From positions 320,001 to 384,000 of the forward strand of contig CAVWUU010000004.1 in NCBI GenBank assembly GCA_963758295.1: DNA of 64,000 nt, given 5' to 3'. The translations under genes and the position numbers were made by a program. Below are positions 38,319 to 48,438 of the stretch, one piece after another. The notes under the pieces were generated by a model. That model searched no databases. It worked only from the letters and a program-made list of their open reading frames with translations, and was not told the origin of the DNA. Origin of the DNA: Candidatus Eremiobacteria bacterium. GTDB lineage: Bacteria > Vulcanimicrobiota > Vulcanimicrobiia > Vulcanimicrobiales > Vulcanimicrobiaceae. Position 1 is the first letter of the stretch. Every line of letters starts with the position of its first letter.

Positions 38319-38630
38319 TTGCCGAACATCAAGGCCGCTGAAAAGTGGATGCGTCAAACCGAGAAGCGCACCATCCGGAATAAGGATGTGAAGACGCGTC
38401 TTAAGACCATCTTCAAGAAGGTCGTTGCCGCGCAAGATGGCGAGGCCGTGAAGACGGTCGAGAGCGCGTTCGACAAAGCAGCAAAAAGCGGCGTGATTCA
38501 CAAGAACAAGGCGGCTCGCAAGAAGTCGCGCCTCGCGAAAGCGATGACGCGCGCTGCTGCGGCGCCGGTCGTTACGAAGAAGACCTCTTCGAAGAGCGCC
38601 CGCACCAAGAAGGGCTCCAAGAAAAAGTAA
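38319..38630 (+). CDS. rpsT: 30S ribosomal protein S20 with Lys-rich tail
   Basis: PNIKAAEK, DKAAKSGVIHKNKAARKKSRL; AGGAG RBS, TTG start. Confidence 0.96.
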   Translation: MPNIKAAEKWMRQTEKRTIRNKDVKTRLKTIFKKVVAAQDGEAVKTVESAFDKAAKSGVIHKNKAARKKSRLAKAMTRAAAAPVVTKKTSSKSARTKKGSKKK

Positions 38631-38652
38631 CCGCTTTTTCGCAACATTCGAT

Positions 38653-38686
38653 AGAACTCGCCTGGCATCCAGGCGGGTTCTTTTTT
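38653..38686 (+). terminator. Intrinsic terminator after rpsT
   Basis: GAACTCGCCTGG-CAT-CCAGGCGGGTTC-TTTTTT. Confidence 0.88.
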
Positions 38687-38704
38687 ACGTCGTACTAGGA
38701 GCGC

Positions 38705-39946
38705 GTGAGCCAGATCGCCGACGACCCGAAGGCCGTTTTTCTTGCGACCATGGCGCGCGAGCTGCATCTCGCCGGCGTCGCAACCGATGCTCTTGAAGCC
38801 ACTCTGACGGGCATCGCCGAAGCCATCGGTCTCTCCGTCCAGATCTTCGCGCTGCCCACGAATATCACGCTGGCCGTCGGTCCGCGCTGGAATCAAAAGG
38901 TCGTAATGATGCGGCTCGATCCAGGGCGCGTAAACCTTCGCAAAATTTCTATACTGAACGTGATTTATGACGAACTGCGCGAAGGCAAGATCGACTACCG
39001 AGAAGCCGCCGTTCAAGTAGATAATATCGACCGGCGGTGGCCGGGGCTCAACGTCCTGTGGGAGATTCCGGCGCTGGCGATCGTTGCCGTGGGCGTCGGC
39101 ATTCTGCTTTCCGGCGGGATTCGCGAGTTGATTGTCGCAGGATGCATCGGCGCATTCACCGGCATCATCTCCGCGATTGCGACGCAAAATGAAACCGTAG
39201 CGCGGCTTTTCGAAGTCATCGCGGCCTTTGCCGGAACGCTGATCGTCGCGGCGTTCACGCACTTCATCGGGCCCACGAACATCTACATTTCCATCGTTGC
39301 CGGCGTCGTAGTTTTGCTGCCGGGCTACTCGTTAACCCTGGCGCTGCACGAGTTAGCTAACGGGGATCTTGTCGCGGGCGTGGCACGTCTTGGCAAAGTT
39401 CTCCTAGTTCTGCTCGCGCTTGGCTGCGGAGCATTGCTCGGATTTGCCGTTGTCGGCCCGTCTTTGCTACAAAGCGCCGACGTGCACACGCACGCCGTAG
39501 CCGGACGGTGGTGGATTCTTGCGTCGATTCTCATGGCCACCGGTTTGTCGATCGATCTCGATGCGCGCTTACGGGATTTCATTTGGGTTTTCGCAGCAAG
39601 TTTCGTAGCGTTGCTTACTTCGCATCTGCTCGGCCTTACGGCGGTGCATCAAGTTGCAGCTTTCGGTGCGGCGTTCATCTGTGGCGTCGTCGCGAATATG
39701 GGCGCGCGATTTTTACGAGTACCGCAACCGGTAATGCTTGTGCCCGCGCTATTGGTGCTCGTTCCGGGCAGCCTCAGTTACGAGAGCGTGCTCTTTGCGT
39801 TTCAACAAAACATAAGCGCCGCGGCGCCCCTCGCCGCCAATGCCGCGACGGCCGCTATTGAGCTGGTTGCCGGTTTGTTGCTTTCGCAGCTGCTTTTTCC
39901 AACCACGGCACTACGCATGACGAGTGGAATCGGTCGGCTTCGTTAG
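38705..39946 (+). CDS. ThrE-family threonine/serine exporter
   Basis: ARELHLAG, VLLPGYSLTLALHEL, LVPGS; about 10 TMs. Confidence 0.88.
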   Translation: MSQIADDPKAVFLATMARELHLAGVATDALEATLTGIAEAIGLSVQIFALPTNITLAVGPRWNQKVVMMRLDPGRVNLRKISILNVIYDELREGKIDYREAAVQVDNIDRRWPGLNVLWEIPALAIVAVGVGILLSGGIRELIVAGCIGAFTGIISAIATQNETVARLFEVIAAFAGTLIVAAFTHFIGPTNIYISIVAGVVVLLPGYSLTLALHELANGDLVAGVARLGKVLLVLLALGCGALLGFAVVGPSLLQSADVHTHAVAGRWWILASILMATGLSIDLDARLRDFIWVFAASFVALLTSHLLGLTAVHQVAAFGAAFICGVVANMGARFLRVPQPVMLVPALLVLVPGSLSYESVLFAFQQNISAAAPLAANAATAAIELVAGLLLSQLLFPTTALRMTSGIGRLR

Positions 39947-39965
39947 ATTTCCATGCACTGGGTAC
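39941..39965 (+). promoter_or_regulatory. Putative SigB/SigF-type promoter CGTTAG-N13-GGGTAC
   Basis: 10 nt before ATG 39976; resembles the motif at 28103-28128. Confidence 0.45.
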
Positions 39966-39975
39966 AACGCTCAGC

Positions 39976-40257
39976 ATGGCTCAAGCCAAGCATGAAATCG
40001 CCGTAGAGGCCGTAATCGTTCCGCCGGGCGGCGACGGATTCGCGTTCGGCCACGATGCCGGCGGGCGATGCATCGAAATTACCGGTGAACGCGCTGCCAT
40101 GTTGGAGCTTTACCACCGGCTTCACGAAACGGAAGGAGAGCAAGGCCGCCGCCCGGTTCGAATCGATCCGGCGAAGTGGCCGGGAATCAAACGAATCGAG
40201 CAGCTTCACTGCCCGACGCACGCATTACCGCAGCGTGATGCCGACGCGGTAGCGTAA
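39976..40257 (+). CDS. Hypothetical protein
   Basis: 93-aa ORF filling the gap, preceded by a promoter-like motif. Confidence 0.55.
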   Translation: MAQAKHEIAVEAVIVPPGGDGFAFGHDAGGRCIEITGERAAMLELYHRLHETEGEQGRRPVRIDPAKWPGIKRIEQLHCPTHALPQRDADAVA

Positions 40258-40261
40258 GGCG

Positions 40262-40894
40262 TTACGGGAAACTGGGCGGCGTCCCGGCCGCTGCATAAGC
40301 AGATTCATCGCCATGCAGCGCGCGTATGCACGCATCCACGGCGTCGCGCTGCCACAACCCCTTCAACAAGGCGAAGTCGCCGCTCGTGTTTTCCAGTTTG
40401 AACGTAGGCCGTTCGTCGCCGCCGGCCTTTGCCAGCCGCCGGTTTCCGTCGCGCAAGAGGTCCGCGACTTGTTGTGTTTCGGCGATGCACTGGAGCTCGG
40501 CGGCGTCCACGCCGAGCAACTCGCCGACGAATCCATAGACGATTTCAGGACGCCCGAACAGCGCGCCGCCTTGCATCGCCTCGGACATTACGGCGCATGA
40601 CAAACGCCATTTATCGGCACCGAGCGTGGCGCCGGCCGCGACGGCGGCATTCGCATGCCACGTTGTCGTGGTTTCGTGCTCGTACCACGCCGGCTTCAAC
40701 TCCATCGCGTACGCGCGCGTGCCGCGCCTGTAAAACCATGCTTCAGCTTCTGCCGGCAAGCCCATCGGTTTTCCATCGCCGATAGGGGCAATCACAACTT
40801 CGACCTCGATGCCGTTGTCATAAAGCGATTGCACAGCCGGTACCGCCGCCAAGCACCAGTGAGAAAGAACGTCGATAAACACGGTGGCCCGCAT
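40262..40894 (-). CDS. DsbA/FrnE-like thioredoxin-fold protein
   Basis: FIDVLSHWC active-site region, late PTF motif; AAGGAG RBS. Confidence 0.65.
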   Translation of the reverse strand: MRATVFIDVLSHWCLAAVPAVQSLYDNGIEVEVVIAPIGDGKPMGLPAEAEAWFYRRGTRAYAMELKPAWYEHETTTTWHANAAVAAGATLGADKWRLSCAVMSEAMQGGALFGRPEIVYGFVGELLGVDAAELQCIAETQQVADLLRDGNRRLAKAGGDERPTFKLENTSGDFALLKGLWQRDAVDACIRALHGDESAYAAAGTPPSFP

Positions 40895-40910
40895 GTGCAG
40901 CTCCTTTTCC

Positions 40911-43301
40911 TTATGGGTCGACATTGACGGCGAGACGCGTCGTCCGGCCGCTGCGTGCCAGCGGCAGAACGCGTTCCCGAATTGCGGCTCGCGCGAGTTT
41001 GGGCTTTAGGGTCCTCAGCGCGATTCGGAACCGCCATTCGTTGTTCAGACGCGCTATCGGATAGGGCGCCGGGCCAAGAACTTCGATCTCCGGCTGTTGC
41101 AAAATGGCTGCGTAACGCTCGGCGGTTGCACGGACTTCGTCGCGGTTGCGCCCCATCACGCCGAGATACGCAAGCCTTGCATAGGGAGGAAAACGCATCG
41201 CTCGCCGTTCTTCCAGTTCAACCGCGGCGAAGCCGGCATAGTCGTGATTCGCCGCGTAGACGATTGCGGGATGCGACGGCGAGTACGTTTGGACGATGGC
41301 TTCGCCCGGCTTCGCGCGGCCGCTCCTTCCGCACACCTGTGAAACGAGACCAAAGGTGCGCTCGGAGGCCCGGAAATCCGGAACGTGCAAGCCGACATCC
41401 GCAGCTACAACGCCGACGAGCGTCACCGCTGGAAAATCGAGGCCTTTGGCGACCATCTGCGTTCCGACCAAGACGTCGCCTTCGGCTTCGAATTGAGACA
41501 AGATTCGCGCGTGATCGCCGACACGTGTCGTCGTATCCGAATCCATGCGTTGCACGCGCGCCGACGGAAACAGATGCGTTACTTCTTCAGCCACTTTTTC
41601 CGTTCCAACGCCGAGTTCGCGAATCGACGCCATTCCACATGACGAACACGTCGCCGGCAAGGGCTGCTGGTGATCGCAATAGTGACAACGCAGCAGGCGT
41701 TCCGTCCGGTGCGCGGCAAGCGACACGGAGCAACGCGGGCATTCCGGCACGAACCCGCAGGAGCGGCACAGTAAGAACCCCGCGCTTCCGCGGCGGTTCA
41801 CGAAAAGCACCGCTTTTTCACCGCGTTGCAACCGATCTTCCAACGCCTGCACGAGCGCGCTGCTGAAAATGCGTTTGTTTCCGGCTTCGAACTCTTTCGC
41901 CAAATCGATCACGGTCACGCTCGGCATCGGTTGTGCCGTGGCCCGTTCGGTTAGCTCGATCAAGGCAATACGGCCCCGCAGGGCCGCTTCGTAGGACTCG
42001 AGCGACGGAGTGGCACTGCCAAGCAGCAAGATGCCGTTTACCGCGCGCATGCGCTCGCGAGCAACGTTGATTGCATGGTAGCGCGGAACAGTGTCTTGTT
42101 TGTACGACGTTTCGTGTGCCTCATCGACGATCAACAAACGTACGTCGGGAAGCGGGGCGAAAACGGCGCTGCGGGCACCCACGACGACATCGATTTGCCC
42201 TTGCATGCAGGCTTGCCACGCATCGAAACGCTCGCGCTCCGAAAGGGCGGAGTGCAACACGGCCACTCGTTCGCCGAAGGCTTCCTCAAAGCGCCGCGCA
42301 GTCTGCGGCGTAAGCGAAATTTCCGGAACCAAGACGATCGCACGGCCGCCTTCGCGCACGACCCGCTTGATCGCCTCGACGTAAATGTAGGTCTTGCCGC
42401 TACCGGTAACGCCATGAATCAGTGCCTCGGCATAGGCACCGGCATCGAGCCACGCGTCGATTGTTTCGAGAGCCCGCCGCTGCTCATCCGTCGGGGGAAA
42501 TGGGGGCGGCGCAGGCGCTATGCGTTTACGCGAGGCATCCGGCGCGACTTCGCGTTCGATCAATGCGCCGCTCTTTACGGCGCGTGCGATGACCGCGTTC
42601 GAAAAGCCCGCCAAGAGCGCATCGGCACGCGGCACGCCGGGCTGCTCGCGCACGAATTCGGCGAGCGCTTCGGCCTTGCGCCCTTTAATGGGTGTGTCAC
42701 CCGGAAAAAGCACGCGAACGACGTACTCGTGCGTGCGCGGATCGACGAAGCGCCGTTCGCGCTTTAGCTCGCCGCTGCGCACGACGTTTTGCACGTACCG
42801 AAGCAAGGCCGCCCGATCGCCGGTTCGGCGCGCTTCGGGATGCCGCAAGAACGTCTCGAGCGCGAAGCCGTCGGGAAACTCTTCCCACATGAGGCGCACG
42901 AGCCGTGCCGGCACCGAGGGATAGCGCTGCGGATTTGGTTGCGAAACCGCGCGAACGAAGCTGTCCACCACGCGCGGGATGGCTCCGGAGAGCACCACTG
43001 CGCCAAGCGCTTCCCCGAGGGTGCATACGTAATACTCCGCAACGAACTTCGCGAGCCGGAGGCCGACTTCGTCAAATGCGCGAGGCACGGTAAGCTTTTC
43101 AGCGACGGGCTTGATGCGCGGATCCGCTTCCATCTCACGCACGGGGGAGACGATGAATGCCAGCATCTCACGATTGCCGAGTGGAACGCGCACGATATCG
43201 CCCACTTCGAGCTCGAAATTTTCGGCAGCGTACGTGAGCGGCAAATCGAATCGGGACGAGCGAATCGCTGCCAACGCCTCAACCGTGCGAATCTTAGCCA
43301 A
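40911..43301 (-). CDS. priA: Primosomal protein N'
   Basis: GVTGSGKT, VPEISLTPQ, DEAH, Cys-rich zinc knuckles, GTQMVAKG; start approximate. Confidence 0.96.
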   Translation of the reverse strand: MAKIRTVEALAAIRSSRFDLPLTYAAENFELEVGDIVRVPLGNREMLAFIVSPVREMEADPRIKPVAEKLTVPRAFDEVGLRLAKFVAEYYVCTLGEALGAVVLSGAIPRVVDSFVRAVSQPNPQRYPSVPARLVRLMWEEFPDGFALETFLRHPEARRTGDRAALLRYVQNVVRSGELKRERRFVDPRTHEYVVRVLFPGDTPIKGRKAEALAEFVREQPGVPRADALLAGFSNAVIARAVKSGALIEREVAPDASRKRIAPAPPPFPPTDEQRRALETIDAWLDAGAYAEALIHGVTGSGKTYIYVEAIKRVVREGGRAIVLVPEISLTPQTARRFEEAFGERVAVLHSALSERERFDAWQACMQGQIDVVVGARSAVFAPLPDVRLLIVDEAHETSYKQDTVPRYHAINVARERMRAVNGILLLGSATPSLESYEAALRGRIALIELTERATAQPMPSVTVIDLAKEFEAGNKRIFSSALVQALEDRLQRGEKAVLFVNRRGSAGFLLCRSCGFVPECPRCSVSLAAHRTERLLRCHYCDHQQPLPATCSSCGMASIRELGVGTEKVAEEVTHLFPSARVQRMDSDTTTRVGDHARILSQFEAEGDVLVGTQMVAKGLDFPAVTLVGVVAADVGLHVPDFRASERTFGLVSQVCGRSGRAKPGEAIVQTYSPSHPAIVYAANHDYAGFAAVELEERRAMRFPPYARLAYLGVMGRNRDEVRATAERYAAILQQPEIEVLGPAPYPIARLNNEWRFRIALRTLKPKLARAAIRERVLPLARSGRTTRLAVNVDP

Positions 43302-44376
43302 GATCTTGTGGCGGCCGGCGAAGATCCTGGAGGGTCGCTTTGACGAGCCGGTCGGAAACGACGACGCCATACTCAACGTCGCCGATCGCGCGTGGCAGCA
43401 CAAAACGCAACTTGTTATCGCGCCGCTTCTTGTCGCTTTGCATCGCCTTGAAAACCGCATCGGCCGGCAAATTCGTGGACAGCGGCATTCGAAGCAGCGC
43501 CATAGTGCCCAAGACGCGTAGGTGATCGGCTTCCGTGTACCGCCCGGAACGCAAGGCAAGAAGCCCGGCAGCGCGGAGTCCTAAGGCTACGCCGGCACCA
43601 TGAGAAATGCGATAGTTGCTCGCGCGTTCAAGCCCGTGTCCAAAGGTATGTCCGAGATTGAGCAGTTGGCGCATGCCGCGTTCCATGCGATCGTCTACGA
43701 CGATCATCGTCTTCACCTTAATCGCAGACGCAACGATTTCGAGCCAGGGCCATCGCCAGAATGGATGCGGTGCAAGCGTTTCCAGCGATTCAAAGAGCGT
43801 GTCGCCTTCGATGACGGCTGCTTTTAGCATTTCAGCGAGCCCGTCACGCAACGATCGGTACGGCAGCGTTTGTAACGCGTCGACGTGTGCGAAGACCGCA
43901 ACCGGATCGGCAAACGTCCCGGCTAGGTTCTTGCCCGACGGCAAGTCGATGCCGGTTTTTCCGCCGATCGACGCGTCGACCATCGATACGAGCGTGGTGG
44001 CAACGTGCGCGTAGGCAATTCCGCGCATGTAAGTAGACGCAACGAACCCGAAAAGATCTCCGGCGACGCCTCCGCCGATGCCGACGAGAAGCGTTTCGCG
44101 ATCCGCGCCGGCCTCGATCAAGGCTTCATAGACGCGTTCGACCGTCGTCAGGCGCTTGCGCGCTTCACCGAGTGCAAACGGAAGCACGCCTCGGCAAAGC
44201 GAATGGTTCCCGACGCCGCGGGCAATGGCCGCTACGTCAGGTTGTGCATCATAGACCGCCACAAAGCGCTGGCCGCGGTGCTCCAACCAGCGAAATAGCT
44301 CCGGGCGCGCGTCATCGGCAACGACGATGCGATAGCCAAGATCGTCGTTGGTAATCGATTCGGAACTGCCGTTCAC
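43294..44376 (-). CDS. aroB: 3-dehydroquinate synthase
   Basis: GGGVAGD, DASIGGKTG, LNLGHTFGH, DKK. Confidence 0.93.
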   Translation of the reverse strand: MNGSSESITNDDLGYRIVVADDARPELFRWLEHRGQRFVAVYDAQPDVAAIARGVGNHSLCRGVLPFALGEARKRLTTVERVYEALIEAGADRETLLVGIGGGVAGDLFGFVASTYMRGIAYAHVATTLVSMVDASIGGKTGIDLPSGKNLAGTFADPVAVFAHVDALQTLPYRSLRDGLAEMLKAAVIEGDTLFESLETLAPHPFWRWPWLEIVASAIKVKTMIVVDDRMERGMRQLLNLGHTFGHGLERASNYRISHGAGVALGLRAAGLLALRSGRYTEADHLRVLGTMALLRMPLSTNLPADAVFKAMQSDKKRRDNKLRFVLPRAIGDVEYGVVVSDRLVKATLQDLRRPPQDLG

Positions 44377-44900
44377 GCGAGCTGAATCTTCTTCTTGTGC
44401 AACCACTCGACGATCGTATCTACGATCTGCGTCGTGCTCATGTTATCGGCTTCCACGACGAGATCGGCGTGCGCGTATTGCGGCATGCGCTTTTTGTATA
44501 GATCTTTGATGCGCGAAAGTGGCGGCGTCGGGCCGAGCAGCGGGCGCACGCGCTTGCTGCGCCGCAACCGCTCCACGACGTTTTCCGCCGACACCTTGAT
44601 GAAAATGCGATACGCGCGCTTCTTCAGCAGTTTCTGGGTGGGTTCGTGCGTCAGTGCGCCCCCGCCGAGCGCAACCACACCGGGATCGCCGCCATCGAGC
44701 ACTTGGGCTACTGCGGCGTGCTCGTAATCGCGAAACGCGTGCTCACCTTCGTTGTAGAAAATATCTGAAATCTGCCCATGCTCTTTAACCACGAGATCGT
44801 CGGTATCGAAAAAAGCGCAATTCAGTTTGCGTGCGAGCTTCTTTCCAATCGTCGATTTGCCGGCAGCCATGAATCCGACGAGTGCCAAGTGCTGCTTCAT
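44373..44900 (-). CDS. aroK: Shikimate kinase
   Basis: GFMAAGKSTIG, GEHAFR, LGGG, RPLL. Confidence 0.95.
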   Translation of the reverse strand: MKQHLALVGFMAAGKSTIGKKLARKLNCAFFDTDDLVVKEHGQISDIFYNEGEHAFRDYEHAAVAQVLDGGDPGVVALGGGALTHEPTQKLLKKRAYRIFIKVSAENVVERLRRSKRVRPLLGPTPPLSRIKDLYKKRMPQYAHADLVVEADNMSTTQIVDTIVEWLHKKKIQLA

Positions 44901-46063
44901 ACGCCCTCCTTCACCGGTCGATCGAATAGCGACTGCGCCGCCGCGCTTGCGCGACGGAAATTGTCCAGAGTTTCTTCCAGCGAATCGCCGCCGTATTTTT
45001 CCAGCACCGGCGCGACGAGCGCAAGACGAACCATCGCTTCACCGACGATTGCGCCGGCCGGAACCACGCAGACGTCGCTGCGAACGATCGTTGCCGGCGC
45101 ATCGCTTCCCTCGTGAAGATTTACCGATGGCAGCGCTTTCATGAGGGTGGGAATTGGCTTTACCGACACGCGCAAGAGGATCGTTTGACCGTTGCTCATG
45201 CCGCCCTCGATACCGCCGGCGCGATTGCTTGCGCGCACAACTTCGCCGTTCTCGATACCGAACGTATCGTGCGCTTCGGCACCTGACCGGTGCGCGACTT
45301 GCGCGCCCAATCCAACCTCGACCGCCTTAACCGTCTGCATTGCCATCAGCGCACCGGCGAGTACGCCGTCCAACCGCGTATCGGGCTGGCGATTGCTGCC
45401 GATTCCCGGCGGAAGCCCGTCGACTCGCACGATGAATTGGCCGCCGAGCGTATCGCCGGCCGCCTTGGCCGCATCGATAGCGGCGATCATGCGTTGCGAT
45501 GCATCCGGATCGGGACACCGAACTTCGCTATTTTCCACATCGCCGCTCGAGAAAGCGGCGATATCGGATGCTTCAACATCGCCGATGCGATGGACGTAAC
45601 TGCTCGTTCGAATATGCAGCGCTCCGAGGAACTGCGCGCAAATCGCGCCGAGTGCCACGCGCATCGCGGTTTCACGCGCGCTCGCTCGCTCGAGAACATT
45701 GCGCAGATCGCGGTGCCGGTATTTAAGCGCACCCGCATAATCGGCGTGACCCGGTCGCGGATTCGTGAGTTCCTTTCCGGCGCCGGTCAGCGGATCCATC
45801 AGCGCGCGCACATTTTCGAAATCGCGATTGCGAATCACCACGGCGATCGGCGATCCGAGCGTCCGGCTGCCCCGCACGCCCGCCAGAAATTCGATCTCGT
45901 CGCGCTCGATCTGCATGCGCCGGCCGCGCCCGTAGCCCCCTTGCCTGCGCGCAAGGGTTTCGTTGATGCGCTCTACGTCTAGAGGCAAGTGCGCAGGAAG
46001 ACCGTCGAGGATTCCAACAAGCGCGGGCCCGTGAGATTCACCCGCGGTAAGGTACCGGAACAT
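44897..46063 (-). CDS. aroC: Chorismate synthase
   Basis: TAGESHG, PRPGHAD, ERASARETA, GGIEGGMSNG. Confidence 0.97.
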   Translation of the reverse strand: MFRYLTAGESHGPALVGILDGLPAHLPLDVERINETLARRQGGYGRGRRMQIERDEIEFLAGVRGSRTLGSPIAVVIRNRDFENVRALMDPLTGAGKELTNPRPGHADYAGALKYRHRDLRNVLERASARETAMRVALGAICAQFLGALHIRTSSYVHRIGDVEASDIAAFSSGDVENSEVRCPDPDASQRMIAAIDAAKAAGDTLGGQFIVRVDGLPPGIGSNRQPDTRLDGVLAGALMAMQTVKAVEVGLGAQVAHRSGAEAHDTFGIENGEVVRASNRAGGIEGGMSNGQTILLRVSVKPIPTLMKALPSVNLHEGSDAPATIVRSDVCVVPAGAIVGEAMVRLALVAPVLEKYGGDSLEETLDNFRRASAAAQSLFDRPVKEGV

Positions 46064-46122
46064 GAGTCCGTCAAGCTTGGCCGCTTCTATTGACGGCGCC
46101 TGCAGCGGGTAGACCGTCTGTT

Positions 46123-46725
46123 ATGGCACAGAATCTCAACGGGATGCGCGTCGCGATCGTTCTGGAAGACGCGTTCGAACAAGTGGAATTGACCCAGCCG
46201 CGTAAGGCGCTCGACGAAGCGGGTGCAAAAACCGTGCTCGTCTCGCCGCAGTCAGAGGTACAAGGGTGGAACCATCACACGCCCGCGGACAAATTCAAGG
46301 TGGATTTAGCGCTCGAGCAAGCCAATGTGAAGGATTTCGACGCCGTGATGCTTCCGGGCGGCGCGCTAAACGCCGATAAGCTGCGCACGGTTTCCAAAGC
46401 GGTAGAGTTTGTGAAGGCGGCGGCCGATGCGGGCATGCCACTGGCCGTGATCTGTCACGCGCCCTGGATCCTTGTGGAAACGGGCCTCGCGAAAGACTTG
46501 ACCTGCACTTCTTGGCCGTCGTTGCAAACGGATCTGCGCAACGCCGGCGCAACGTGGGTCGACGAAGTTTGCGTTGAAGATCGCGGTATCGTTACGAGCC
46601 GCAAGCCCGACGATATTCCGAAATTCAATCAGAAAATGATCGAACTCTTCGCTCAGTCTCGCAATAAGACGTCGACCGCCGAGCGTGGAACCATCGACTC
46701 TTCTTCCTCAACCCTGGTTCCTTAA
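46123..46725 (+). CDS. PfpI/YhbO (DJ-1) type 1 glutamine amidotransferase-like stress protein
   Basis: FEQVEL, LPGG, ICHAPW, TSRKPDD. Confidence 0.93.
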   Translation: MAQNLNGMRVAIVLEDAFEQVELTQPRKALDEAGAKTVLVSPQSEVQGWNHHTPADKFKVDLALEQANVKDFDAVMLPGGALNADKLRTVSKAVEFVKAAADAGMPLAVICHAPWILVETGLAKDLTCTSWPSLQTDLRNAGATWVDEVCVEDRGIVTSRKPDDIPKFNQKMIELFAQSRNKTSTAERGTIDSSSSTLVP

Positions 46726-47727
46726 CTTGGCATCCCGTTGCAACGGGCATTGCGATGCGTAGGGCCCGTGCAACACCACTGAATGCTCGAAATCCACAGA
46801 CGCGACTCGCGGCAAGACCGTTGTACATAACATTGCAAATGCGAAGCTTGCCGCAATGCCGGCGATTGCGGGAACGACGGCAAGGCGCACGCAAGCGTTG
46901 CGGTCGGGCGAGAGCAGCCGTTCGATTCGAATCGAGATATGCCGCCGGGTGTTAAAGGCGCCCGGCGCCGGCACGGATCGCGGCGGCCAGCGGACTCGCT
47001 CGACGAGTCGAGCCAGACAGCGCGCGTACGGCAGCGACGCCCGCGTGCGCGCCAACACCCAATCGTCGCAGGCGACTTCACGCTCCAGATTCGTCTGAGC
47101 AGCCATAAGATGGATGCCCGGACTAAAGAACAGCAACGCTTGAAGCGTTCGCTGGAGAATGTTGGTCCAATCGTCACGGCGGCGCAAGTGAGCCAGCTCA
47201 TGTAAAAGAATGCGGTCGAGATCGTCGCGGTCCAATTGTCCTACGAGGCTCACCGGGAGCAAAATTAGCGAATCAAAGAGACCGATGGCAATTGGAACGT
47301 CGATCCCGCTGGAAATGCCGACCCGTACGCCGTTTGGCGTCACCGCGCTGCCTATCGTGAAGGCGTCTCGCTGCAGTTTCGAGAGGTGAGCCCATCCTCG
47401 CACGAGACGAAGCAGCAACGCGGAAGAGCCGATCGGCCACACGGCGAGGACCGCGAGCACGACGGCCTGCGGCAACCAAACCGTGAACCGCGACGCAGCC
47501 GGACCGTGCGCGGCTTCGTACCCGGAAGCCAGCGCTATCGCGGATGCGACCGGAAGAACTACGCTGGCAGCGAGCGCGCAAGTCCAGACGGCGTGACGCG
47601 TGGTCGCATTGGTATTTCGCAATGCGCGAAGGACGGCCCACGTAATGGCAGCAACGATAAGCGGCTGCCAGAGGGCCTCGAGCCAAACGGTAAGGACGAA
47701 TGAAACGACGGTATCGAAGCGCGCCAA
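46708..47727 (-). CDS. M56 (BlaR1-type) membrane metallopeptidase
   Basis: HELAHLRRRD, EREVACDD, RIERLL. Confidence 0.9.
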   Translation of the reverse strand: MARFDTVVSFVLTVWLEALWQPLIVAAITWAVLRALRNTNATTRHAVWTCALAASVVLPVASAIALASGYEAAHGPAASRFTVWLPQAVVLAVLAVWPIGSSALLLRLVRGWAHLSKLQRDAFTIGSAVTPNGVRVGISSGIDVPIAIGLFDSLILLPVSLVGQLDRDDLDRILLHELAHLRRRDDWTNILQRTLQALLFFSPGIHLMAAQTNLEREVACDDWVLARTRASLPYARCLARLVERVRWPPRSVPAPGAFNTRRHISIRIERLLSPDRNACVRLAVVPAIAGIAASFAFAMLCTTVLPRVASVDFEHSVVLHGPYASQCPLQRDAKLRNQG

Positions 47728-47823
47728 GATCGGTTGCTCCTTCCGATACGATTCCGATGTGACCGAGTTACAGACCGGCCCACCGTAATGTTGCGCGCTT
47801 CGGCCTAGAGATTCATAAAAAAG

Positions 47824-48429
47824 TTATAGATCCGGAATCACATTTTGTGCCGGGGCGCCGGCGGTGCCCATCTCACCGGCCGCACGCGGCGTTTCTTCGT
47901 CTGCGTGAGTACTTTCGCTCTGCGAGCCGCGCTGCGACGCCATAAAGATGCCGCCCCCGACACCGGCAGCCAGGCCGATCAGCGCTACGAGCGAGTTGCG
48001 CCGTTTGTACAAACCGAGCGGGCGATCGACGGATAAGCGGCCATATCCGTTGAGTGCGAGCAAGCCGGCGGCAAGAGCGTACATCGTGTTCAACTCAAAG
48101 CCCTGATCGGTATTCCAGTAGCCGTTCTTGAAATGAACCGTTGCGACGGCGGTCGTCATCACGGCACAAAGTAACGCCGGGCCGACCGGCCCAAAGGTTC
48201 CGGTTGCAATAAGCGTGCCGGCCGCGATTTCGGTAATAGAGCCGGCCTTCGCGGCCTGCGCTGGATCAGAAAAGCCCAGTGATTTCATGAATCCGGTCGC
48301 GCCCTCCAAGCCGGGGCCGCCAAACCAGCCGAAGAGCTTTTGCGCACCATGCGCGGCTATACTGGCGCCGAGCACGCCCCGTGCGAATAACAAAGCGACG
48401 TCGCGGATTGAATCATCGTCGTGCATCAT
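47824..48429 (-). CDS. DoxX-family membrane protein
   Basis: HGAQKLFGWFGGPG, GFE, GRLSVD; start set at ATG 48429 because of the upstream promoter motif. Confidence 0.9.
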   Translation of the reverse strand: MMHDDDSIRDVALLFARGVLGASIAAHGAQKLFGWFGGPGLEGATGFMKSLGFSDPAQAAKAGSITEIAAGTLIATGTFGPVGPALLCAVMTTAVATVHFKNGYWNTDQGFELNTMYALAAGLLALNGYGRLSVDRPLGLYKRRNSLVALIGLAAGVGGGIFMASQRGSQSESTHADEETPRAAGEMGTAGAPAQNVIPDL

Positions 48430-48438
48430 GAAGTCGGT

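Noticed and set aside
40911..43559. 882-aa PriA and similar N-terminal extensions (clpP, GNAT, ftsZ, rsgA, pilM)
   Set aside because: They overlap neighbouring genes; shorter starts fit the family lengths
46820..46847. dif-like 11-6-11 sequence GCTTCGCATTT-GCAATG-TTATGTACAAC on the minus strand
   Set aside because: Lies inside the M56 coding region and the conserved inner ATAA of the XerC arm reads ATTT; probably chance unless GC skew flips here
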